Source: a virus (Duplodnaviria; Caudoviricetes). Taken from it: a DNA stretch of 64,000 bases. Under the pieces are notes generated by a model. It saw only the letters and a list, made by a program, of their open reading frames with translations. It was not told where the DNA came from and searched no databases. The stretch covers positions 1,729-65,728 of IMG/VR virus record IMGVR_UViG_3300046005_001569; one strand, given 5' to 3'. Position numbers and translations under genes: made by a program. Position 1 is the stretch's first letter. Each line of letters begins with the position of its first letter. Below are positions 34,451 to 43,567 of this stretch, in pieces.

Positions 34451-36298
34451 ATGGATTTCTCCGCGAAGCTGCACATAAAAGGCTATTCAACCTTTACGCT
34501 TGAAAGCAATTACAACACTTACGATTCCGATTTTGACAAGGTTCAGTTGTTATTGCATTTTAACGATGCAAGCGGAACTAAGCAGGTCAATGATGTCAAA
34601 GGACATTATCCTGTTGGGTTGAAGCAAACCGCTGTCAAGCAAGGTGCTTTTGGCGAAAAAAGAGAATCCGTTATTTTTCTTGATGGTGCTAATTGGGGTG
34701 GCATCGAGATTAGCCCTAACAATAGGTTTGGCGCGTTAAGCAGCTTCAATTTGTTCCAAGACGTTGACGGAATTTCCCGCGCGGCTGACGTTGATTGGTG
34801 TTTCGAGTGTTTCATTTCTGACACGGTTCAAACGGGTAGCGCGTGGACAACAGGCGGCTACATTGCGTCAAACAGCTACTATCCAAACATTGAAAATGAT
34901 TACAACACGGGCGTTGATTGGGGCGTTAGATTAGAGCTTGGAAAAATTATCGTCGTTATTGGTGACGTGGATTACGCTTTTGATATTCCTTCTGGCTATT
35001 CTTTTTCAAGCTGGGATTTCTTGCGCGTTCAACGTGAATCGAATGTACTTACTTGTTGGCTAAACACGGACTTTTTGGGATTTCACGAAAATGTTATTGT
35101 CCAAGAAAAGCGTTACCACAGCTATTTTAAGATAGGCAGGGCAAGCGAAAGGCAATCGTTACGCACTGCACTTGACGAGGTTCGATTTACAATCGGCACT
35201 GCGAGAACGGGCGATAACGGAACAATTCCAACAAAACCGTTTCCAAATATCGGGGATTTAGAAGGTCGCCCCAAGATAGTGATTGATGCGGCGGCTTCTT
35301 TTTCACAACAAAGCGATGTGCCTGTATCAACAGGGCAGAGTTTGTCAGTTAATATACCAATTGACATTGACCTTGATGTTTCGCTTGTTTTGAACAAGGA
35401 CGAAATAAATTTTGTCATTCCCGCGCCAACCTTTGAAATTTCAATACAAAAATCGGTTTTTATTTCAGCGAATTTTGAAATTTACAATCCGCTGAAATTT
35501 CTAATTAACATTTCGGATAGCGGCGCATCGACCACGATAACAATTCCAAGCCCCACGTTATCAATCTCAATTTCGCGTGACACAACGCTTGGAATCGCAA
35601 TCACACTGCCTTCACTTGCAATTGATACAGTCATTAAAGAGGCTGCGCTTATTGATATTGGTGTTGTGATACCCGACCCTTCAACGCCGATAGCCCCGCC
35701 GTCTTTGGTAACGTTGCAACCAATAACGCTTCCGAATCCGACAATTACCATCGAGTTAGGAATTGAGCCGATTATATCAATAAGCGCATTCTTACCCGCG
35801 CCAACCCTTGTTATATCCGCTTATACAACGTCGCTTGAATGGAATATACCGATTGTAAGCGTGCCAAAATTCAATGTGAGTATTACGCCGCCATTCGACT
35901 TATCAATTTTAATTCCATTGCCTAGCATCGAATTGTATTTGCCTAATCCAACAACGCCACTGCCGCCAACGTCACAATGGTTTGACGTGCTGCTACCTGA
36001 TTTCATAGATGATTGGTACACGGAGCTGCAAAACGTCGTCAATGTAATTCTTCCTGCACCAAAGATAACATTGAAGATGTCGGTCAATCAGGACATTTCA
36101 ACGGTAATCAAATTACCAAAACTTCAAATTGCGACCGCTATATCGCTCGACAATCACATGAAAAACGATATTGGCGTTGATATTTACTTGCCGCTATTAA
36201 AAATTGATGGCTTCACGAATAGGGATTTGAGTATGTCGCTCGATATAAAACAACCGTTTATAAACATTGAACTATTAACATCGGACGACTTCTTATGA
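34451..36298 (+). CDS. LamG-like domain followed by about 14 Pro-kinked beta-strand repeats
   Basis: DSDFDKVQLLLHF...DWCFEC...DEVRFTIGTAR, then ITIPSPTLSI / ITLPNPTITI / VILPAPKITL-type units. Confidence 0.75.
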   Translation: MDFSAKLHIKGYSTFTLESNYNTYDSDFDKVQLLLHFNDASGTKQVNDVKGHYPVGLKQTAVKQGAFGEKRESVIFLDGANWGGIEISPNNRFGALSSFNLFQDVDGISRAADVDWCFECFISDTVQTGSAWTTGGYIASNSYYPNIENDYNTGVDWGVRLELGKIIVVIGDVDYAFDIPSGYSFSSWDFLRVQRESNVLTCWLNTDFLGFHENVIVQEKRYHSYFKIGRASERQSLRTALDEVRFTIGTARTGDNGTIPTKPFPNIGDLEGRPKIVIDAAASFSQQSDVPVSTGQSLSVNIPIDIDLDVSLVLNKDEINFVIPAPTFEISIQKSVFISANFEIYNPLKFLINISDSGASTTITIPSPTLSISISRDTTLGIAITLPSLAIDTVIKEAALIDIGVVIPDPSTPIAPPSLVTLQPITLPNPTITIELGIEPIISISAFLPAPTLVISAYTTSLEWNIPIVSVPKFNVSITPPFDLSILIPLPSIELYLPNPTTPLPPTSQWFDVLLPDFIDDWYTELQNVVNVILPAPKITLKMSVNQDISTVIKLPKLQIATAISLDNHMKNDIGVDIYLPLLKIDGFTNRDLSMSLDIKQPFINIELLTSDDFL

Positions 36299-36729
36299 GT
36301 ACATTTAATTTAAACATAGCCAACCAAGCCCTAACCAAATCAACAGGAAACGTTTTTTTACGCCAGTTTCGTATTGGTTCAAAAAACTATGGGATTGATA
36401 CGTCAGGGGTTTATTTGATTGAAGGTGATTTAGATAATGGTGACGGTTTTGATACGTTCATAAAAACAACCGCGAATTCCTTTGGCGAAGTATCAAAGAA
36501 GCGATTGCCAGAATTGAGAGCAGAAAAAACAGGCTTGTTAAGTGTCGCTGTTATTTACGATGGTGAATTATCGGGTAGTGGCGTTGAACATGGTGATAGC
36601 GGTTTCGTCCGTTTTGGTAAAGGTGGTGGCGGTAAGCTGGTTTCATTGATTATGCACAGTGACGACGAAAACTTACAACTACGCAGTATCAAAATGATGC
36701 CGCAACAAATAGGCGTGGGGGCGTTATGA
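36295..36729 (+). CDS. Hypothetical virion protein
   Basis: Beta-rich, ATGA-coupled on both sides. Confidence 0.65.
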   Translation: MSTFNLNIANQALTKSTGNVFLRQFRIGSKNYGIDTSGVYLIEGDLDNGDGFDTFIKTTANSFGEVSKKRLPELRAEKTGLLSVAVIYDGELSGSGVEHGDSGFVRFGKGGGGKLVSLIMHSDDENLQLRSIKMMPQQIGVGAL

Positions 36730-38864
36730 TTCCCGTCGAAATAACTGCTTTCATTAACGACGTTACCGACAACATTGATTTAGATACAGCGGATTTAAAA
36801 GGTGCTGTTAAATCAATTTTGGCAGCAGGCGCAACACAAGCGATAGCCGCCAAAAACAACTTGGTTCGACAATCGCGTTACATTTCAGCCAATAAAGGAT
36901 TCACAAGGCTATCACCGATTTTGTCACAAGGAATTAGCAGTGCAAGCGAGGCGTATCTCGATGCAATCAATAAAGCCGCCGACAATGCGATTCAGTTCGC
37001 AGAAAGCGCACAAACGCAACAGGCGCAGGCAATAGGAGCGTTGATACCACAACAACTACGCTCTGACGTTGAAAAGGCGGTCAATCAAATTGAGCTTGAT
37101 AGCAAATTAAAGGTCAACTTAATTGGGTTGGAAACACAACGCGGATTAGCCGATATTGAAATGCAAACTGCAATAGGCGTTAGTGCGATTGCCAAAGATT
37201 TCAAGCGCAAGGTTAGTCGAATTGATATTGACGGGACGATTGCAAGTAAGCGTATTGATGCAAGCAACGAAATAATGACCATGATGGACGTTAATGAAAT
37301 CAAGGTTAAGAACGCGCTTGATGTCGGAATAATTAAACGTAATGCCTTGTTGGTCGCTCAATCAATCGGATTCGACAAAGAAATTGAGGCAAAAACAAAA
37401 ACGACTGACGCAAGGATAAATGCGTCAAAGGCTATGTCGGGCGCGAGAAACAGCGCGGAGCTAAACAAAGCCCAAGCAAGGTATGACGGTTCTGTTTTGG
37501 TTGGCAGTTCAAGGCTTTCGGCTGCACAGAAAATAGGGGATTCTGAAATAAAACGAGCCGACGCAATAGGACAGGCGCGGGTACTCACACATGAAAAAGA
37601 AGGCGGCGCAAAAAGAGAGGCGTTTTCAATCACATCGTCTGCGAGAAACGACGCTTTAATAACGACAACAGGCGCACGCTTAACAGCACAAGAAATAACA
37701 ACCAATGCACGAATTGAAGCAAATAAAACTGACCTTGATGCACACATAAAAGCATCGACCATTGCGATAAATGCCAAGTCCGAAGCGTCTGGCATCTTGA
37801 TAAATTCACGCAAAAACGCCTTTGCTATCGAACTCGAAGGCACGGTACAGGGCAGGGGAATAACACACGAGCAGGACAAATTAAACGATGCCGCTGAGTT
37901 CGCCTTGAAATCCGCATTAAAGACAGCAAGCACCGACAAGCAAATCGCACAAAAAACAAATGAGTTTGCCGCCCGTGTTAGTGGCATTAACGAAAGGTTT
38001 AACGCTTCTCGAACAGCAAACCTAAATGAAGTAAGCGAATCGTTATCTTCTGAAACCAAAAAGAATTTGGCACAACAAGCCTCGATATTGGAGCGTAGCA
38101 ACGCCAACACCTACGCATTAGGAAAAGAAAATTTAGGACGTGAGTACAACATGACCAAATCATTCCTAACCAAAAAAGAAATTGAAGCCCAGCGTATCGG
38201 AATGGAATCTGAAATTACAAACAATGAAGTGGTATCTAAGATTGCCTTACAAGATGAAGATTTCTTATCTCGCATTAAATCCGCCCAAGCGCGTGCATTA
38301 GAGCGACGCAAGGCAGCATTCGATAAAAACTTGGCGCAACAAGAAGCAATCATATTGAAAACGACAACACGCGCCGAAGAAATTACAAACAAAACGGCTG
38401 CCAATATCGGAGCGGCAAACACTGAAAACGCGGCTAGTATCGCTGTATTGAATGACGAACTAAAAAGCCGTTCAGACATTGAATTAAACGAACTCGCGGA
38501 ACGTTTAGCCGCCGCTGCCAGTGAAGAAGAAGCCTATATTGCCTATCTCAAAGCATCCGCCGCCAATAAAAACAAATACGAGCGAGAAATTGACGATGCA
38601 AAAATCGAATCCGATAAACAGATATTTGAGGCGCAATCAAAAGCACTCGATATGCAGGTCGCGCAAAACGCCTATGTGCAGAAAAAACAAGACGATACCC
38701 GCTATAAAATTGCAAAAGATAGCTTGGCATTCGATTTAAGCACGAAGGCTAGACACGCTTATTACGAAACATGGCTAGACATTGCCGCTGCAATTTCTAA
38801 ACGCGATTTGGCAGAAGCAAACCAAGTACAGGTACACAACATTGTAGAGTTGAAGGGTGACTAA
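36726..38864 (+). CDS. Hendecad (11-residue) coiled-coil protein A, putative ejection/tape-measure-like
   Basis: At least 14 consecutive 11-mers with small residues at positions 1 and 8 and mostly R/K at position 9. Confidence 0.7.
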   Translation: MIPVEITAFINDVTDNIDLDTADLKGAVKSILAAGATQAIAAKNNLVRQSRYISANKGFTRLSPILSQGISSASEAYLDAINKAADNAIQFAESAQTQQAQAIGALIPQQLRSDVEKAVNQIELDSKLKVNLIGLETQRGLADIEMQTAIGVSAIAKDFKRKVSRIDIDGTIASKRIDASNEIMTMMDVNEIKVKNALDVGIIKRNALLVAQSIGFDKEIEAKTKTTDARINASKAMSGARNSAELNKAQARYDGSVLVGSSRLSAAQKIGDSEIKRADAIGQARVLTHEKEGGAKREAFSITSSARNDALITTTGARLTAQEITTNARIEANKTDLDAHIKASTIAINAKSEASGILINSRKNAFAIELEGTVQGRGITHEQDKLNDAAEFALKSALKTASTDKQIAQKTNEFAARVSGINERFNASRTANLNEVSESLSSETKKNLAQQASILERSNANTYALGKENLGREYNMTKSFLTKKEIEAQRIGMESEITNNEVVSKIALQDEDFLSRIKSAQARALERRKAAFDKNLAQQEAIILKTTTRAEEITNKTAANIGAANTENAASIAVLNDELKSRSDIELNELAERLAAAASEEEAYIAYLKASAANKNKYEREIDDAKIESDKQIFEAQSKALDMQVAQNAYVQKKQDDTRYKIAKDSLAFDLSTKARHAYYETWLDIAAAISKRDLAEANQVQVHNIVELKGD

Positions 38865-38865
38865 A

Positions 38866-41031
38866 ATGAAAATACTCGATAAGTTTAAATCAACGGTTGG
38901 CGCGTCGCCTTACGTTTCGGATGTTACAAAATTCATTACCGATTCATATAGCGGTAACGATTTGTCTAACGAAAAGCTAACAGAAAATTCATCTTTGTTA
39001 GGTGTAATGCAGCGACAATCCACTGTTAAGTTGCGTGATGCCATTTCAAACGTAATTGTGCAGGATGCGTCTGCAACGTTTTTGCGCCAAAGCGTGCTTA
39101 CTGGAACGGTCGGCGAACTTGTTGGTCTTGAAAATAGAATCATTATTGCGGAACTAAACAAGGTTCAAGCCGAAGAAATTGCAAAACTCGAACAATCGGG
39201 GCGTTATGACGTTGCGAACTTGCAGGGCGAACTAAAGAAAGAGCTAACCACAATCGACGGTCAAATTGATGTTGAAATGGCTATAGTCAATGCCGAAGCA
39301 AAAGTGCTGCTTGCAACCGAAGTAGGCACGGCAATTCACGACGGCAAAGTGGACATTGAAAAGCAAACATCGAGAAACAACATTGAGTTAGCTAATATCG
39401 ACGGAATGAACGATGTGAAAATTGCCGAAATTAAAGGCAATAACATCGTGAAAATGGGTGTGATTGATGCCGCCGTAATTAAGGCTGAATCCGATATTGA
39501 TGTGGCTGGTGTTAAATCCGCTAGTGATATTGCTGTCTTTGGTATTGCACGAGAGGCGGATTACGATGCTAACTTTATAAAATTGCAGGCTATTAACGAG
39601 GCTAAATTAAAAGATATTGCTACCGTCCATGAAGTTCAAAACATTGCGACAATGGGCGATTCAGAAGTGTCGCTAACACACGCAATGGCAATAAGTGAAA
39701 AAGGTGTCACCGAAGTTTCTGCAAAAATTGAATCCACTGCAATCAAATCAATTGCAGGCGGCGAGGCTAAATCAATTGCAGAAATGGCAGCCGCTAAAGC
39801 AAGTGCAACAGAAAGCAATGCAAACATTGATGCTACCTTTACGCGCTTATCCGCAGTCCAAGACGGCGCGGCAAATGAAAGCATGGCAACAATGAAAAAA
39901 GGGGCGACGATTACCGAAGCGATTGCTAACGCTGACTACTCCGCAAGCCGCAGTCAATTGAAGCAGGGCGAAATGAGAAACGATGCCACGTTATCCGATA
40001 GCATTTCGTTAGCCCTTAGCAACGCTGAAATCGCAAACATTAAGACTGTGAACGCCGCTGAAACTGAAAACATCGTTATTACAGGCAAGGATAAGGTTGA
40101 ATCAATTAAAAACTTATCGACTGTCCAAATTGAAAACATCAAGTCTATATCGGTAATTGAACGCGATACAATCAAAGCTAACGCCGACACTCGTTTGGAA
40201 TTCACGAAACAAGCCGCCGATTTTGATGCCGAAAACGACGCAGCACTGTTTAGTATTGAAAAAGAGCGACGCATAAGTGTTTCAAAGATTACATTAGCAG
40301 GCGATACCAAAATCGGCGAAAACAGGATAAAGATGCAAGCCGAAATAGATGCTGTTGAAACAAACGAAATCAAATTGTTATCCGATAATGACATAGCCAC
40401 GATTAGACAAATGGCAAAGGTTGACGCGGATTCTGAAATTAAATTAACGGCTGTTGAAATAAACGCAATCAATCAACTGGCAGCACAACGCGCCAACAGC
40501 ATCAAAACAAAGAGTTCGGTTGCAATGGCGAATGAAAGGTTTTTAAGCGAAACCGTAAAGATACCAAGTATCAAATCTTTTTCAGCTTTGAAAATCAAGG
40601 AGTACAGCGATAGAGGTGATATTGAAAATCAAACTAATGATTCAATGTTGCCTGAACGTTTGCGTGTTATCAATGTTGGTCGTGACTTGCGTGTAAATCA
40701 AATTATCAAAGATGCAACGGTACGCGATAAAGCTGCACGCACAGAAGCCGATACGACAACCGCTGCACAAGAGGCGAATTCAAAAGATTCGATTGATATG
40801 CAAAACAAATTCCTTGATTACCTTGAAAGAATCAAAATTTTGTCAGGTATTGATAAGTCCTTGTTGGCGGAGGAGGCGGGTTATTATGCCGCCAATACAG
40901 TCCATAAAACTATCAAATACAAAACTGACTTTAATCTGCCGCTCGGTGGCATGAATTCAAGAAAGCCTCGGTTTGGCAGTACAAGCGTTGAACCACCACC
41001 CGACTTTCAAAAAAAACCTGATTTCATGTAA
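38866..41031 (+). CDS. Hendecad coiled-coil protein B, putative ejection/tape-measure-like
   Basis: At least 19 consecutive 11-mers with I/T at position 4, a small residue at 8 and often E/D at 11. Confidence 0.7.
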   Translation: MKILDKFKSTVGASPYVSDVTKFITDSYSGNDLSNEKLTENSSLLGVMQRQSTVKLRDAISNVIVQDASATFLRQSVLTGTVGELVGLENRIIIAELNKVQAEEIAKLEQSGRYDVANLQGELKKELTTIDGQIDVEMAIVNAEAKVLLATEVGTAIHDGKVDIEKQTSRNNIELANIDGMNDVKIAEIKGNNIVKMGVIDAAVIKAESDIDVAGVKSASDIAVFGIAREADYDANFIKLQAINEAKLKDIATVHEVQNIATMGDSEVSLTHAMAISEKGVTEVSAKIESTAIKSIAGGEAKSIAEMAAAKASATESNANIDATFTRLSAVQDGAANESMATMKKGATITEAIANADYSASRSQLKQGEMRNDATLSDSISLALSNAEIANIKTVNAAETENIVITGKDKVESIKNLSTVQIENIKSISVIERDTIKANADTRLEFTKQAADFDAENDAALFSIEKERRISVSKITLAGDTKIGENRIKMQAEIDAVETNEIKLLSDNDIATIRQMAKVDADSEIKLTAVEINAINQLAAQRANSIKTKSSVAMANERFLSETVKIPSIKSFSALKIKEYSDRGDIENQTNDSMLPERLRVINVGRDLRVNQIIKDATVRDKAARTEADTTTAAQEANSKDSIDMQNKFLDYLERIKILSGIDKSLLAEEAGYYAANTVHKTIKYKTDFNLPLGGMNSRKPRFGSTSVEPPPDFQKKPDFM

Positions 41032-41038
41032 CAGGTGT

Positions 41039-41069
41039 TAAAGGGTGTCGTGAAACGCGACACCCTTTT
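41039..41069. terminator. Bidirectional terminator between convergent late operons
   Basis: AAAAGGGTGTCG-N7-CGACACCCTTTT. Confidence 0.85.
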
Positions 41070-41075
41070 AAGCGT

Positions 41076-43307
41076 TTAATCGTTTTCGGGTGTTTCAATA
41101 CCTTGATTAACACCAGCAAGGGGCGACTTTGGTTTTGCAGGTAAGTTAGGGCTGGTACTTACGGGCATTTGTTCCGCCGCTTCTTCTTGTGGATTGTCTA
41201 CGGGTTCAGCTAATTCTTCGGCAGGCGAATCAATTTGTTGTTCTGGTGCTTGAATTAGTGGCGCGTCGTTAAAGTCTTTGCCGCCTGCACTGGTAAAAAT
41301 TGAATCCGCGACGGGTACAATTGCGGGTGTTGCTGCTACCAATTGCGCTGCCTGTGTTGCTGCAAATAATGCCTCAACATTCTTAACGGTCGTTTGCGCG
41401 TTCACAAATTCAACGTCAGCGGATAGTTTTTGTAATTGCGCCTGTTGCAACTGATTAGCCATTTCTTGCGCCTGTTGCTGTGCTTGCGCCTGTGCTTGTT
41501 GTTCTGGCGTTTGCTCGTCGTCACTTGATTGACCTGTTGCCTTGCGAATCAAATCAGCCATTTCCTTTTTATCCTGCAAATCACTTTGTTCAATAACGAA
41601 AGGAATTAGCAACGCCTGCAATTCTGGCGGCAATGTTTTAATCATGTCGGTTAATTGTTGCTGTTGTTGTGCTTTATATGTCGGTGTTGATGGTACTTCG
41701 CCCAACACCACGCCTACATTTATTTTGTTCACGTCGTTCATTATCACGATTTCGCCCGTTATCGGGTCTTGAACTTCTTGATTTAAAACAAGTGTATCGC
41801 CTTCAATTCGTTTTTCTTCTTCCGTGCCGACAACATAGTTCTTTTGTTGTCCCAAATCTTCGAGTAAAAGCGATAACAGTTGCTCACCTATCAGTTGGCG
41901 TGCAAATTCTGCATTGTCGTTAGGTTCTGCAAGTGTGACGTTACCTTGTTCAACCAAGATACCCGCGTGGACACCACTTGTTGAATCGTCCTGACTGCCT
42001 AGCATGGACTGATAAACGCCCATAACTTCATTGATTGTCTTTTTATGGTCTAAGTAGATTTCCATTTGTTCGCGTGCAATCGGCGTACCGTCTTGAATAT
42101 CGAACCTTGCGCCCTGCATTGCCATTGCCTTAGCATTGAGTTCAATCATTGCCGTAGGGCTTGAGGCTTGTTGTCGTACCTTGTTGGGGTCAGTAATAAC
42201 GCCCTGTGTGTAAATAATAGACTTTGAACCTAACAAGTGATTCATTTTGAATAGTCTATCGTTAATGTTGTCTTGTTGCGGTATCGCCGATTGAATCAAT
42301 CCATAAGGTGCAAAACTCGCGTCATCAACAAAGCAAACCATTTTGATGTAAGGTAGCATTCGATGTTTGTATGGTGTTGGTTCATCTAGCACCATTTGCG
42401 AGGCTACCCAAATTGAGCGACGCACTGCCATATAATTAGCATTTCTAACCTGCACGCCTTGTTGAACCAATGCCAAGTGTTCAGGATTGTCCTTTTCAAA
42501 TTCAACAGTTTTACCCATTGGTATTTTAATGACGTTGCCGTTCACGATTTCACGATACCAAATTTCATAAATCGGAACAGTTTTGCGATTGACACTAGCC
42601 ATTTCAAAGTCGTCAAACGTTAGCCAATTGTTTAAAGCCTCAACGCCGCCCGTCGTGTGAATGTTTGTATCGCGTCGAATATCCCAAATTTGCCCTCTAT
42701 CATAGTTTGTGAAGCGGTCAATTTCTGCCTTAGCTTGCGGGAATATCGCCTTAGCCGTGTCTATATCGTATCTGCGACGGCGCACAACATAACGGCAGTC
42801 ACTCATATCTTGTTGGCGGGTTCTAAAATCCCAAAACATTTCATTCCTGTGAATAAACTCGACGCGGTAAGGTGAACCAAACGGGTCTGCATTGCGCCCA
42901 ACATGAACCCAACCGATACCCGCCTTAATCATTGAGGCGTAAGCGTCGCTAAATGCACGGTCGGCGCGGGTTTCCTTTTCTGCTTTATGTAGTTCAATGT
43001 TGATTGCGATTGCTAAATCCGTTGCAACGTCGTTCATTTCGGATTGCACAAGCCAATCGCGTCGCCCTTTCGCCTCCATGCCTAGAACCATGTTGATAAT
43101 GGGTTTGATTAGGTTTTGAATGCTGGGTTCTTGCCCCCGCTCTCTTAGAATTCGAGCCTTTTCGGGACTGCATTGGCGGTCATCGTAATACGCCACGCAT
43201 TTATTCATTTGTGTTCTAAATTCGGGCTGTTGCTGTATTTCATAAAGAAATTGCTGCAATGAATCTTTATTTTTAAGTGCTGCGTTTGTGCTGTTATTTG
43301 TCGTCAT
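41076..43307 (-). CDS. Portal protein (P22/933W-like, with Q-rich C-terminal barrel)
   Basis: YYD..Q...L.ERGQ....NLIKP.IN.VLGME, AYASMIKAGIGW, PYG, QDNIN motifs; follows TerL. Confidence 0.93.
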   Translation of the reverse strand: MTTNNSTNAALKNKDSLQQFLYEIQQQPEFRTQMNKCVAYYDDRQCSPEKARILRERGQEPSIQNLIKPIINMVLGMEAKGRRDWLVQSEMNDVATDLAIAINIELHKAEKETRADRAFSDAYASMIKAGIGWVHVGRNADPFGSPYRVEFIHRNEMFWDFRTRQQDMSDCRYVVRRRRYDIDTAKAIFPQAKAEIDRFTNYDRGQIWDIRRDTNIHTTGGVEALNNWLTFDDFEMASVNRKTVPIYEIWYREIVNGNVIKIPMGKTVEFEKDNPEHLALVQQGVQVRNANYMAVRRSIWVASQMVLDEPTPYKHRMLPYIKMVCFVDDASFAPYGLIQSAIPQQDNINDRLFKMNHLLGSKSIIYTQGVITDPNKVRQQASSPTAMIELNAKAMAMQGARFDIQDGTPIAREQMEIYLDHKKTINEVMGVYQSMLGSQDDSTSGVHAGILVEQGNVTLAEPNDNAEFARQLIGEQLLSLLLEDLGQQKNYVVGTEEEKRIEGDTLVLNQEVQDPITGEIVIMNDVNKINVGVVLGEVPSTPTYKAQQQQQLTDMIKTLPPELQALLIPFVIEQSDLQDKKEMADLIRKATGQSSDDEQTPEQQAQAQAQQQAQEMANQLQQAQLQKLSADVEFVNAQTTVKNVEALFAATQAAQLVAATPAIVPVADSIFTSAGGKDFNDAPLIQAPEQQIDSPAEELAEPVDNPQEEAAEQMPVSTSPNLPAKPKSPLAGVNQGIETPEND

Positions 43308-43311
43308 TATT

Positions 43312-43326
43312 ACGTCCTCTCGACGT
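43312..43326 (-). promoter_or_regulatory. ACGTC-GAGAG-GACGT hairpin overlapping the portal RBS
   Basis: Same stem as the capsid and fibre-block leader hairpins. Confidence 0.6.
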
Positions 43327-43339
43327 TAAAGTTTTAATT

Positions 43340-43552
43340 TTATTTTTGTGGCAGTCTTATAAGTTCAGCAAAATTTCTTAAAGATAGTATGAATTCTTCT
43401 AATTCTTCTTTGCTTGAGATAAAAAAACGACCAGCCGTTTCATTCTCATTAACATAAAAATCAATACATGGGCTGCCATCATCTATTGACGATTCGCATA
43501 TATTTAATGTGCAATCATCGTGTTCAAACTCAACGCCTAATTTTTTATTCAT
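43340..43552 (-). CDS. Small acidic hypothetical protein between terL and portal
   Basis: AT-rich ORF filling the gap. Confidence 0.6.
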   Translation of the reverse strand: MNKKLGVEFEHDDCTLNICESSIDDGSPCIDFYVNENETAGRFFISSKEELEEFILSLRNFAELIRLPQK

Positions 43553-43567
43553 TTCTTATTTTCCAGT

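Noticed and set aside
37085-40472. Several long minus-strand ORFs opposite the hendecad genes
   Set aside because: Expected antisense shadows of Ala/Ile/Glu/Lys-rich coding sequence; no coherent products.
27353-41031. Invertible shufflon or diversity-generating retroelement in the fibre block
   Set aside because: No invertase, reverse transcriptase, flanking inverted repeats or TR/VR pair seen; the orientation is explained by the bidirectional promoter and terminator.
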